This document shows, piece by piece, positions 55,460 to 64,000 of a stretch of DNA of 64,000 bases. The position numbers were made by a program, and so were the translations under genes. Every line of letters starts with the position of its first letter. The stretch's first letter is position 1. The notes under the pieces were generated by a model. That model ran no database searches, was not told the DNA's origin, and worked only from the letters and a program-made list of their open reading frames with translations. The stretch covers positions 102 to 64,101 of the forward strand of contig JBBIRU010000030.1 of NCBI GenBank assembly GCA_037441645.1, read 5' to 3'. The stretch is from Bacteroidota bacterium. GTDB taxonomy: Bacteria > Bacteroidota > Bacteroidia > Bacteroidales > GWA2-32-17.

Positions 55460-56759
55460 TATAATAAATTACGTTAAGATCGTTTACCATCGGCGTAGCC
55501 CCAAATCGCCCGCTCATATACCATTTATCATAAGGAACATTATTTCTGACTCCTTCAATATCAGCCATGGAATATAAAATTGTTTCACCTTTTTCATCCT
55601 TTTCGGTAAACCATATCTGGTCGCGTCTGAAAATCTCATTATTCATAAGATTAACATTGTGTGTTGTAAAAATAAGTTGTGCATTTTGTTTATTCGATTC
55701 AGGCGAATGAAACAATTTTATTAATTTCTCAACCAGTAAAGGGTGAAGATTTTGCTCAAATTCGTCAATGATAAAGACACCGCCATTCTCAAGAGCATCA
55801 ACGATAGAAAATGCAAGCATAAATAATGAACGTGTTCCGGAAGATTCCCTTTCAAGTCTGAATATTTTTGTTTTTTCAGTTTTTTTATTTCCATCATATA
55901 AAAAATGGTATGTTAAGAATTCAAAATCAGCTTCACTTTTTAATTTTTCAATCACCTCCGAATTAAGTGTTTTGCTAATATCTATATTATCATAAGTATA
56001 ATTTTCATTGTTAATTTTATCTGCAGAAAATGAAACGATACCTGTATCACACGATGTTATTAGTTTGTGTAATTTAATAACTTCATCCGTATTTGATTCT
56101 GTAAAAAACTTTGCCAGATAATTTGAAACAAAAGGAAATGGCAATAAATATTTATATGAAATAATGTTTGTTAATTTTGTAGTAAAAAAACTATAGGCAT
56201 ATTCCAGGCCGGTAATATTTTCGTTTACAGCCTTGGTTAAAAAAAGCTGATTCCGGAGAAGCCTCGCTTCAATACTTTTTCTTTCACCCCTTACTACAGA
56301 ATTGTACTTTACAGACTTATCCGTTTTTCTTGTAAACAAACAGACCTTCTGGCCCTTGGGATTATAATTTAAGGTTTCTTCGATAACTTTTTCAGCATTA
56401 AATTTTACATAATAATTATAATAAATCTTATCCTCGCCAATAAATTCAAATTGAAATTCAGAAGGGGAAGACTCTGTATTAATATCTAGTAAATAAGGAT
56501 CATAGATTTTTATCGGTTGGTTTAATTTGTGATCTGTGGAATTTTCAACATAGTTACAGAAATCCTCAATCGCTTTAACCAGATTGCTTTTCCCGGAAGC
56601 ATTGGCACCATATATTACTGCAGAATTAAGAAGTTCAATCTTTTTATTTGCTTCAAAAACATTTTCCGGCAACTCTTTAAACGCCTTTACCGGCAATAAC
56701 GACAAAGTAGCTTTATTCTTAATCGAACGATAATTTGCAACAGAGAATGAGATAAGCAT
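55437..56759 (-). CDS. AAA_21/ABC-type ATPase (RloA/AbiLi-like)
   Basis: The N-terminus is FSVANYRSIKNKATLSL. Walker A is GANASGKSN, Walker B with D-loop is FIIDEFEQNLHP and the H-loop is IFTTHN. The length is 440 aa. Confidence 0.75.
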   Translation of the reverse strand: MLISFSVANYRSIKNKATLSLLPVKAFKELPENVFEANKKIELLNSAVIYGANASGKSNLVKAIEDFCNYVENSTDHKLNQPIKIYDPYLLDINTESSPSEFQFEFIGEDKIYYNYYVKFNAEKVIEETLNYNPKGQKVCLFTRKTDKSVKYNSVVRGERKSIEARLLRNQLFLTKAVNENITGLEYAYSFFTTKLTNIISYKYLLPFPFVSNYLAKFFTESNTDEVIKLHKLITSCDTGIVSFSADKINNENYTYDNIDISKTLNSEVIEKLKSEADFEFLTYHFLYDGNKKTEKTKIFRLERESSGTRSLFMLAFSIVDALENGGVFIIDEFEQNLHPLLVEKLIKLFHSPESNKQNAQLIFTTHNVNLMNNEIFRRDQIWFTEKDEKGETILYSMADIEGVRNNVPYDKWYMSGRFGATPMVNDLNVIYYNDGKKKK

Positions 56760-57016
56760 AATACTTAAATTATATTACAATTTGTATTTTTTTCACAAAT
56801 TTAATACTAATTTTAATATTATAAATAAAAATTACTTTTTTTAACGTTTCCCAAAAAAATATAAAATTAATAGTATTATGCCAGTATTACGTATGAGGTC
56901 ATAAGTACAATTATCAGTCGCTGCCTGTGTTCATTACCATTTGCCATATTATTTCTGACGTATCACTAACCATTGAATGTTTCCTATTATCTTTGGTTAA
57001 TCTAAATTAAAAAATC

Positions 57017-58438
57017 ATGTTACTTTCCTATCCTGTTTACATTGGCGGCAAATTTACCGAAACAGCATACCGGCTGCAGGTAAAAAATTCGTTTTCCGGC
57101 GAACTGGTTGCCGAAACTTTTCTTGCCGGAAAAAAAGAACTCGATCAGGCTATTGAAAAAGCAATGGAAGCAAAAAAGACCATGCGTGATTTACCTTCCT
57201 ATCTACGGTATGAGGTCTTAATTGACATTGTTACAAGGATGAAAACTGATCGCCAAAGATTAGCTTTAATTCTGGCAAAAGAAGCATGTAAACCAATAAA
57301 GTATGCTCTGGGAGAAATTGACCGAGCTATACAGACTTTTTTAATTGCTGCTGAGGAATGCAAACGGTTGCCAGGTGAAATCATGTCGCTCGACTGGACT
57401 CCTGCCGGAAAAAATAAAGAAGGTATTGTAAAATATTTCCCTTTGGGAATCATTGCAGGAATCGTTCCCTTTAATTTCCCCATGAACCTTGCCGTACATA
57501 AAATTGCTCCTGCTATTGCCAGCGGTAATTGTATCATTGTAAAACCGGCCCGCTCCACCCCTCTTTCCACCCTTGAACTGGCAAAAATCATTCACGAAAC
57601 AGCGTTACCCAAAGGCGCATTCTCAGTTCTTCCCATGGATCGCGAAGCCGGACAACATCTGGTAACCGACGAACGCTTTGCCATGCTCACTTTTACAGGT
57701 TCTCCGGCAGTAGGATGGAAAATGAAATCGGAGGCAGGAAAAAAGAAAGTTACTCTCGAACTGGGAGGTAACGCAGGTGTTATTATCAGCGAATCTGCAG
57801 ACATAAACATGGCTGTTGCCAAATGCCTGGTTGGCGGTTTTGCCTATTCAGGGCAGGTATGTATTCATACCCAACGCATTTATGTGCACGATACTATTTT
57901 TGAAGAATTTACTTCAAAATTCACAGAAGCAGTAAAAAAATTAAAAACCGGGAAAGCCGAAGACCCTGATACCGATATCTCTGCCATGATTGATGAAGAA
58001 AATGCCCTGCGTGTGGAGGAATGGGTGAACGATGCGGTAAAGGCAGGTGCAAAATTACTTTGTGGCGGAAAAAGAAACGGTAATGTATATGAACCAACTG
58101 TTCTGACAAACACAAATAAAAAAATGAATGTCAGTTGTTGTGAAATATTTGGTCCAGTTGTTACAATTGAAAAATTCTCTGATTTTAATCAGGCTATTGA
58201 ATTAATCAACGATTCGGATTATGGCTTGCAGGCCGGTGTTTTCACTAACTCAATCAATGAAATGAATTTTGCCTTCCGGGAACTGGAAGTGGGTGGAGTT
58301 ATCATAAATGACGCACCTACTTTCCGTGCCGATCATATGCCTTATGGCGGTGTTAAAGACAGCGGGTTTGGCCGGGAAGGTGTTAAATTTGCCATTCACG
58401 AAATGCTCGAACCAAAACTATTGGTAAAAGACTGTTAA
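57017..58438 (+). CDS. NAD(P)-dependent aldehyde dehydrogenase family protein
   Basis: The motifs FTGSPAVG and ELGGNAG are present, with the catalytic Cys in GQVCIHTQR. The length is 473 aa. Confidence 0.88.
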   Translation: MLLSYPVYIGGKFTETAYRLQVKNSFSGELVAETFLAGKKELDQAIEKAMEAKKTMRDLPSYLRYEVLIDIVTRMKTDRQRLALILAKEACKPIKYALGEIDRAIQTFLIAAEECKRLPGEIMSLDWTPAGKNKEGIVKYFPLGIIAGIVPFNFPMNLAVHKIAPAIASGNCIIVKPARSTPLSTLELAKIIHETALPKGAFSVLPMDREAGQHLVTDERFAMLTFTGSPAVGWKMKSEAGKKKVTLELGGNAGVIISESADINMAVAKCLVGGFAYSGQVCIHTQRIYVHDTIFEEFTSKFTEAVKKLKTGKAEDPDTDISAMIDEENALRVEEWVNDAVKAGAKLLCGGKRNGNVYEPTVLTNTNKKMNVSCCEIFGPVVTIEKFSDFNQAIELINDSDYGLQAGVFTNSINEMNFAFRELEVGGVIINDAPTFRADHMPYGGVKDSGFGREGVKFAIHEMLEPKLLVKDC

Positions 58439-58485
58439 AACGGCCGTTCATTGTTTGTTGTTAATTGTTAAACAGTAAACAATTA

Positions 58486-59013
58486 TCATTCTCCCTTATC
58501 CCCGACAAAATAATCTTCCTGCCTTTTAAACAAAACATTAAATGAAGTTAAACTGCCATATATTCTTGTAATGTATTGTTGAACATTCACTTTTTCTTCA
58601 TCGGTAAGTTTACTTGCATTTACACGTTGTTCCAATGTTCTGATTCTATCACGAATCATTACAATTTTATGAAAAAATGCATCAACAGGTATTACTTTTT
58701 CTTTTAAATTTTTATCCCCTGGCTTTAAAATCATTGAACCACCTGTCCATTTACTGCCTAACTGCACATTTTCCTGAATATCTGAATAGCGTTGGATTAT
58801 CTGCATAAAACTTTTTTCAATATCAAAAAGACTTACCAGTTCATTTGGAGGTAATGTTTTATCAAGCACTTCAAAGGTTGAAAAATCTTTTGAAATCTCT
58901 TTCATTCCTTCTTCAATAAAGGTTACTGTATAAGAGCTGTATTTAATTTGAATTACAACGCCTACTCCAAAAGTCTTATGCTTTATTCGCGAACCAATTC
59001 CTATTTCTTCCAT
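58486..59013 (-). CDS. hypothetical protein (175 aa)
   Basis: ORF with a plausible composition. The N-terminal GSRIKHKTFGVGVVI resembles small Tudor/SH3-like folds, but this is too weak for a call. Confidence 0.5.
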   Translation of the reverse strand: MEEIGIGSRIKHKTFGVGVVIQIKYSSYTVTFIEEGMKEISKDFSTFEVLDKTLPPNELVSLFDIEKSFMQIIQRYSDIQENVQLGSKWTGGSMILKPGDKNLKEKVIPVDAFFHKIVMIRDRIRTLEQRVNASKLTDEEKVNVQQYITRIYGSLTSFNVLFKRQEDYFVGDKGE

Positions 59014-59042
59014 AGAATATTTTCAGCTAAGATATACAAAAA

Positions 59043-59921
59043 TTATGCGCTGGCTGTTGCCATTGCCCTGTCCACCTTTTTAATAAGCCCCTGGAGTACA
59101 GTACCGGGACCTACTTCGGTAAAAGAACTTGCTCCGTCGGCAATCATATTTTTCATGATTTGTGTCCAGCGGACAGGAGAAGTTAACTGAGCTATTAAAT
59201 TTGCTTTTATTCTTTCAGGATCTTTTTCGGGCATTGCATTTACATTCTGATACACCGGGCATATTGGGTTAGAGAAATCAGTATTCTCAATGGCATTTGC
59301 TAATTCCTTACGTGCCGGTTCCATCAGGGGCGAATGAAATGCACCGCCCACCATAAGTTTAAGTGCCCTTTTTGCTCCTTTTTCGGTTAATAAAACTATT
59401 GCTTTATCAATACCAGAAACAGAACCCGAAATCACTAATTGTCCGGGACTATTATAATTTGCACAAACTACCACATCGTCGGTAACTGATGCACAAACCT
59501 CTTCCACCAATGCATCTTCCATTCCGAGAATAGCAGCCATAGTCGAAGGCTGTGCCTCGCAGGCTTTCTGCATAGCCAGGGCACGGGCCGAAACCAATCT
59601 TAACCCGTCTTCGAAAGTAAGAGTTCCATTTGCAACCAGGGCGGAGAATTCCCCCAATGAATGACCGGCAACCATTTCGGGTTTAAAACTTTCGCCCAAC
59701 GTCTTTGCCAGTATAACAGAATGAAGAAATATTGCAGGTTGAGTTACTTTTGTTTGTTTCAGTTCTTCATCGGTGCCGGCAAACATAATATCGGTAATGC
59801 GAAATCCGAGAATTTCGTTTGCTTTTTCAAATAATTCTCTGGCTGTTGAATTGTTTTCATACAATCCTTTTCCCATTCCTGAAAACTGGGCACCTTGTCC
59901 CGGAAAAACGTAAGCTTTCAT
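59043..59921 (-). CDS. fabD: malonyl CoA-ACP transacylase
   Basis: The N-terminus is FPGQGAQFSGMG and the active-site motif is GHSLGEFSAL. The length is 292 aa. Confidence 0.93.
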   Translation of the reverse strand: MKAYVFPGQGAQFSGMGKGLYENNSTARELFEKANEILGFRITDIMFAGTDEELKQTKVTQPAIFLHSVILAKTLGESFKPEMVAGHSLGEFSALVANGTLTFEDGLRLVSARALAMQKACEAQPSTMAAILGMEDALVEEVCASVTDDVVVCANYNSPGQLVISGSVSGIDKAIVLLTEKGAKRALKLMVGGAFHSPLMEPARKELANAIENTDFSNPICPVYQNVNAMPEKDPERIKANLIAQLTSPVRWTQIMKNMIADGASSFTEVGPGTVLQGLIKKVDRAMATASA

Positions 59922-60304
59922 TTTATAATTATTAAAATTCGTGCAAAGATAGAAACATTTTGATTTAGGATTCAGGATTTAAATTGACTGCTGACTATTG
60001 ACTATATTATTTATTATGTATGATTAGATTTTCTAATAACTATCGTTCAACAACTTTATGACTATTGTAAAACCATTAACTAACATTGTTTTCTAAATTA
60101 TTAACTTGCTTAACCTCTTTTTTTGTGCGCTTGTCGGGTTCAAAACTCAATTTACAGAACTTTTATTCCATGGGTTCTTATCAAAAAATACTTTTGCCTT
60201 ATGAACACAAATTCTGAAATCATTATAAGTAAAAAAATGTTAAACTACGGAAACTTTTTTCGCGTAAATAGTTTTTGTGGTGTTTTTATTTATAATTTCG
60301 CACC

Positions 60305-60913
60305 ATGAATCCTGAAATTGAAAACATACTCCAGCGCGTTTACAACCTGTATAATAAATACGGGATCAAAAGTGTTACAATGGACGATGTAAGCCGTGAA
60401 CTTGGCATCTCAAAAAAAACATTGTACGAACATTTTACCGATAAAGATGAAATGGTAAACCAGGTTTTTGAATTCGAAAGGGAAAATGTGCTTAAAGATC
60501 TTTGCGAAACTCTTGGCAAAGCTCAGAACGCAATTCATGAATTATTTCTGATTAACAAATACTTCATTGAAAAGATCAAAACTTACAATCCAAATGTTGA
60601 TTTTGATCTGAAAAAATACTACTTCCCCATTTTCGAGAAACACAGGGCAAAGGTTTATGAATACATGCATTCGAATATCCTCACAAACCTTACCCGTGGT
60701 ATCAGAGAAAAAGTTTACAGAAATGATATTAATCCTGAATTTATTGCCAAGCTTCATGTTTCGCGACTGGTAAGTATGCAGCAATCCGATTTCTTTACGC
60801 GGGAAGAATTGCTCGAAAATGCAACTCATCGCGAACTGATTATTTATCATGTAAGAGGTATTGCAACAACTGAAGGAATAAAGGTTTTAGAAAAAGAATT
60901 AAAAAATGAATAA
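60305..60913 (+). CDS. TetR/AcrR-family transcriptional regulator
   Basis: The HTH segment is VTMDDVSRELGISKKTLYEHFTDKDEM. The gene overlaps the TolC gene start by 8 nt. Confidence 0.85.
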   Translation: MNPEIENILQRVYNLYNKYGIKSVTMDDVSRELGISKKTLYEHFTDKDEMVNQVFEFERENVLKDLCETLGKAQNAIHELFLINKYFIEKIKTYNPNVDFDLKKYYFPIFEKHRAKVYEYMHSNILTNLTRGIREKVYRNDINPEFIAKLHVSRLVSMQQSDFFTREELLENATHRELIIYHVRGIATTEGIKVLEKELKNE

Positions 60914-62315
60914 GATGTTTAAATTAACTGGAATACTGTTACTGGTTTTCATTCTCTCTTTAAAAACGGAGGCTCAAAGCGACAGTATTATGAAACTGAG
61001 TTTAAAAGAGGCCCAGGAGTATGCTTTAAAAAACAGTCCTGTAACAAAGAATGCACAATTAGACCTCGAGTCTGCCAAAAAGAAAGTATGGGAAACAACA
61101 GCTATCGGCTTACCACAGGCAAGCGCAAAATTCAACTACACCTATATGCTTACTGTTCCTGATAAGATCAAGGAATTTTCGAGTTTCAGCAGCCTGGGAA
61201 CATGGATGTATGGTGCGGATCAGGCCCTGTATGGTTTAACCTCGAATCCTAATTTTGGCCATATTGCTAATCCCGGCACTCCTGAAACAGTAAAAGAAAG
61301 TGACCTGAAATGGGGAGCTACACTGGATATTACAGCCACACAGCTTATTTTCAGTGGTGGTTACCTGGTTGGTCTCCAAACTGCAAAAACTTTTAAAAGT
61401 CTTTCTGAAATTGCTTTAACAAAGTCGGAAAAAGATTTGAATCAAAGTGTTGCAGGTGCGTATTACCTGGTTTTAGTGGTTGAAGAAAACAAAGATGTAC
61501 TTGATTCGACTTACTTCAATACAGAGAAACTGAAATATAAAATGGAACAAATGCTAACCCAGGGATTTATTGAAGAAACCGATGTGGACCAGATGAAACT
61601 TACTCTCAGCAACCTTAATGACTCGCGCATGATGATTACCCGCCAGGTAGAGATAGCTTATAATCTGTTAAAATTTCAACTGGGAATTGACCTTTCCAAA
61701 AAAATCGAATTAACAGACAAAATTGTAAACTTTGTTGATGAAAACAATTTACAGGAATTACTGATTAAACCATTTGAGGCAGGCGCTACTCCTGAAATTC
61801 AACTTCTCGAAAGCCAGGAAAGGTTATCTTTATTAAACATTAAGTACAACCAATCCACTTACCTTCCCGATATAGCAGCTTTCTACACGCATGATGAAAA
61901 TTTCAACAGTCACTCTTTTACCTTTACCCCTCCCGATATTTTAGGTCTGGCTGTAAATATTCCGATTTTCAGCAGTGGAATGAAACATGCAAAGGTACAA
62001 CAGGCAAGAATTGCTCTGGACAAAACAAGGATTTCAAAAGAACAGGCTTCACAGGGTTTAAAACTCGACCATGAAAAATCAAAAAGCGACCTGATGACAG
62101 CCCTTGATAAATACAAAACCAGCAAAGAAAATATGCGCCTGGCCGATAAAATTCAAAAACGTACCATAATAAAGTATAAAGAGGGAATGTCATCAAGTAC
62201 AGAAATAACACAGGCATCCAACCAGTACCTGCAGTCGATGTCGAATTATTTTACGGCTATGATGGATCTTCTGAATGCCAAAGCCAAAATGGAAAAACTT
62301 TTAAATCTGAATTAA
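60906..62315 (+). CDS. TolC-family outer-membrane efflux protein
   Basis: It has a signal peptide and a two-repeat helical/beta pattern. The length is 469 aa. It lies in an operon with the MFP and RND genes. Confidence 0.8.
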   Translation: MNKMFKLTGILLLVFILSLKTEAQSDSIMKLSLKEAQEYALKNSPVTKNAQLDLESAKKKVWETTAIGLPQASAKFNYTYMLTVPDKIKEFSSFSSLGTWMYGADQALYGLTSNPNFGHIANPGTPETVKESDLKWGATLDITATQLIFSGGYLVGLQTAKTFKSLSEIALTKSEKDLNQSVAGAYYLVLVVEENKDVLDSTYFNTEKLKYKMEQMLTQGFIEETDVDQMKLTLSNLNDSRMMITRQVEIAYNLLKFQLGIDLSKKIELTDKIVNFVDENNLQELLIKPFEAGATPEIQLLESQERLSLLNIKYNQSTYLPDIAAFYTHDENFNSHSFTFTPPDILGLAVNIPIFSSGMKHAKVQQARIALDKTRISKEQASQGLKLDHEKSKSDLMTALDKYKTSKENMRLADKIQKRTIIKYKEGMSSSTEITQASNQYLQSMSNYFTAMMDLLNAKAKMEKLLNLN

Positions 62316-62316
62316 A

Positions 62317-63453
62317 ATGAAAAATAAAAATATATCAATAATGACAACTAAATGGATGGTTATTCTGGCAGCAATTATTTTCTTTACTGCCTGCAGCAGC
62401 GATAAAAAAGCGAAGCTTGATAAAATGAAAGCTGAGTATGAAAAACTTGGCAACGATATCAAATCACTCGAAAATGAAATAAAATCAACCGGCGGAAATA
62501 CAGATTCCGTAGGAGGAACAAAGCTCCCATACCTGGAAATAAAAAAAACTACCTTTAGTCATTATATCGAAGTTCAAGGCAGGGTTGACGGAGAAGAAAA
62601 CGTAATTGCAACTTCTCAAATGCTGGGAGTTGTTACAAAAGTAAACGTAAAAGAAGGCGACAAAGTACTGAAAGGGCAGGTACTTGCTGAGCTTGATAAT
62701 GGCATGGTTACCCAGACATTAAATCAGATGAACTCTCAGCTGGTTTTCCTGACAGATTTATATAATCGCCAGAAGGCATTGTGGGATCAGAAAATTGGTA
62801 GTGAAGTGCAGTATCTCTCTGCCAAAAACAATAAGGAAAGTATGGAAAACCAGATTAAAACGCTGAAAGAACAGGTTGACATGTACAAAATTGTTTCACC
62901 TATTTCAGGAACCATAGAAGAAGCGCCTGTTAAAGTTGGGCAAAGTATGGCTCCTGGTCTTGTAGCTTTCAGGGTAATTAATTTCAGCAGGGTAAAAATA
63001 GTATCGGATGTTTCGGAAGTAAATGCAACAAAGATCAAACAAGGAAACGAAGTTAAAATAACCTTTCCCGACGACAATAAAACATTCGATGCAAAAATCG
63101 ATTTCACCAGCCGTTACATCAGCCCAATGAACCGTACTTTCCAGATCGAATCTTATGTAAAACCCGGTGAAATTGAATACAGGGCTAACATGATGGCCAT
63201 GTTAAATATACTCGATTACAGAAACATTGAAGCTTATGTTATTCCGGCGAACTTAATTCAGAAAGATTCGAAATCGCTTTTTGTATGGGTTGCTGTGAAA
63301 AAAGACAAAGGTTATATTGCACTTAAAAAAGAAATTACCCAGGGCCGGAGTTATAACGGTTTAACTGAAATCCTTACAGGCCTTAGTGAAGGAGATATAT
63401 TACTTACTTCCAATTTATTTGATTTAGAAGAAAACCAGAAAGTTGAATTATAG
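62317..63453 (+). CDS. efflux RND transporter periplasmic adaptor (HlyD/MFP family)
   Basis: It has a lipoprotein-like signal (FFTACSS) and a coiled-coil hairpin. The lipoyl-like motif is KEGDKVLKGQVLAELD. Confidence 0.85.
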   Translation: MKNKNISIMTTKWMVILAAIIFFTACSSDKKAKLDKMKAEYEKLGNDIKSLENEIKSTGGNTDSVGGTKLPYLEIKKTTFSHYIEVQGRVDGEENVIATSQMLGVVTKVNVKEGDKVLKGQVLAELDNGMVTQTLNQMNSQLVFLTDLYNRQKALWDQKIGSEVQYLSAKNNKESMENQIKTLKEQVDMYKIVSPISGTIEEAPVKVGQSMAPGLVAFRVINFSRVKIVSDVSEVNATKIKQGNEVKITFPDDNKTFDAKIDFTSRYISPMNRTFQIESYVKPGEIEYRANMMAMLNILDYRNIEAYVIPANLIQKDSKSLFVWVAVKKDKGYIALKKEITQGRSYNGLTEILTGLSEGDILLTSNLFDLEENQKVEL

Positions 63454-63528
63454 TATCTATCTTATATTTTGTACAAAACTATTTTTAATAATATCTAAAG
63501 GCAGATTTCTTTCTAACAAATAATAAAA

Positions 63529-64000
63529 ATGAAACAGCATAAAACAAAAGAGTTTAAACCTACCAGCTGGTCAATCGACAATAAGATGAGCATTTACCTG
63601 CTGGTGTTTATCATCAGTATCTTCGGAATCTGGAATTATAACACAATTCCCAAAGAACAGTTCCCGGAAATTGTGATTCCCACTATTATTGTAAATACCA
63701 TTTATCCCGGAACTTCTCCAAATGACATGGAGAACCTTATTACAAGACCCATTGAAAAAAACATAAAATCCATCAGCGGAGTAAAAAAGATAACCAGTAA
63801 CAGTATTCAGGATTTTTCGACCATTGTTGTGGAATTTAATACAGGGATTGATGTAGCTCAGGCAAAACAAAAAGTAAAAGATGCCATTGATAAAACCAAA
63901 TCTTCCTTACCCAACGATCTACCGGCCGATCCTTCAGCCATGGAAATTGATATTTCCGAGATTCCCATTATGTTTCTTAACTTATCGGGAAATTATCCTC
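63529..64000 (+). CDS. RND (AcrB-type) efflux permease, N-terminal fragment (continues past window end)
   Basis: This ORF is not in the ORF track because there is no stop before the window end. My translation from ATG 63529 is MKQHKTKEFKPTSWSIDNKMSIYLLVFIISIFGIWNYNTIPKEQFPEIVIPTIIVNTIYPGTSPNDMENLITRPIEK..., a typical AcrB N-terminus. Confidence 0.85.
   Translation, partial: MKQHKTKEFKPTSWSIDNKMSIYLLVFIISIFGIWNYNTIPKEQFPEIVIPTIIVNTIYPGTSPNDMENLITRPIEKNIKSISGVKKITSNSIQDFSTIVVEFNTGIDVAQAKQKVKDAIDKTKSSLPNDLPADPSAMEIDISEIPIMFLNLSGNYP

Noticed and set aside
36994-58115. Short ORFs nested in or antisense to polA, the DegT gene, the ABC genes, recQ, kpsF, lptB, the PP2C genes, the ATPase/RloB pair and the aldehyde dehydrogenase
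   Set aside because: The reasoning is the same as for the cargo genes: they are shadow ORFs of well-supported genes.
60123-60308. 61-aa ORF upstream of the TetR gene
   Set aside because: It lies in the AT-rich promoter/leader region, which contains a TACTTTTG -7-like box at ~60189. It has a non-ATG start and an implausible composition.

Overview
The window looks like a low-GC Bacteroidota chromosome. The evidence is many T9SS C-terminal sorting domains, TTTG/TAnnTTTG-type promoters and a GTCATTCTGAG...GAAGAATC palindromic element. I saw no rRNA and no CRISPR array. Layout: (1) nt 1-4500 is the edge of a conjugative-element-like segment, with a 5'-truncated SNF2-type helicase and a Lys-rich P-loop ATPase. 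(2) nt 4640-4760 is an unassigned, strongly folded RNA-like element upstream of a sensor-less histidine kinase. (3) nt 5944-20830 is a cluster of secreted T9SS cargo proteins, including a 3076-aa giant. (4) nt 20838-26282 is a mobile or accessory patch. It holds two orphan ORFs, an intact IS256-family element with an 8-bp target duplication, an excisionase-type HTH gene, a 372-aa orphan and a four-helix-bundle protein. (5) tRNA-Pro(TGG) is followed by an AT-rich island at nt 26365-32095 with no integrase. The island has an 840-bp ORF-free stretch full of hairpins, small plus-strand ORFs, attC-like or MITE-like imperfect palindromes placed just 3' of ORFs, and an overlapping two-gene module whose second product looks like a putAbiC-type abortive-infection membrane protein. 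I consider this island the best place to look for something new. (6) From 32094 onward the genes are core: rimM, rpsP, tRNA-Phe, osmC-like, polA, a DegT aminotransferase, an ABC-2 exporter, recQ, kpsF, lptB, two tandem SpoIIE/PP2C signalling proteins, a LOG protein, tadA, an aldehyde dehydrogenase, fabD and a TetR-TolC-MFP-RND efflux operon. This core block is interrupted at 54815-56759 by an AT-rich AAA-ATPase + RloB (AbiL/RloAB-type) defence islet. All functional calls come from reading motifs in the translations. No database search was run.
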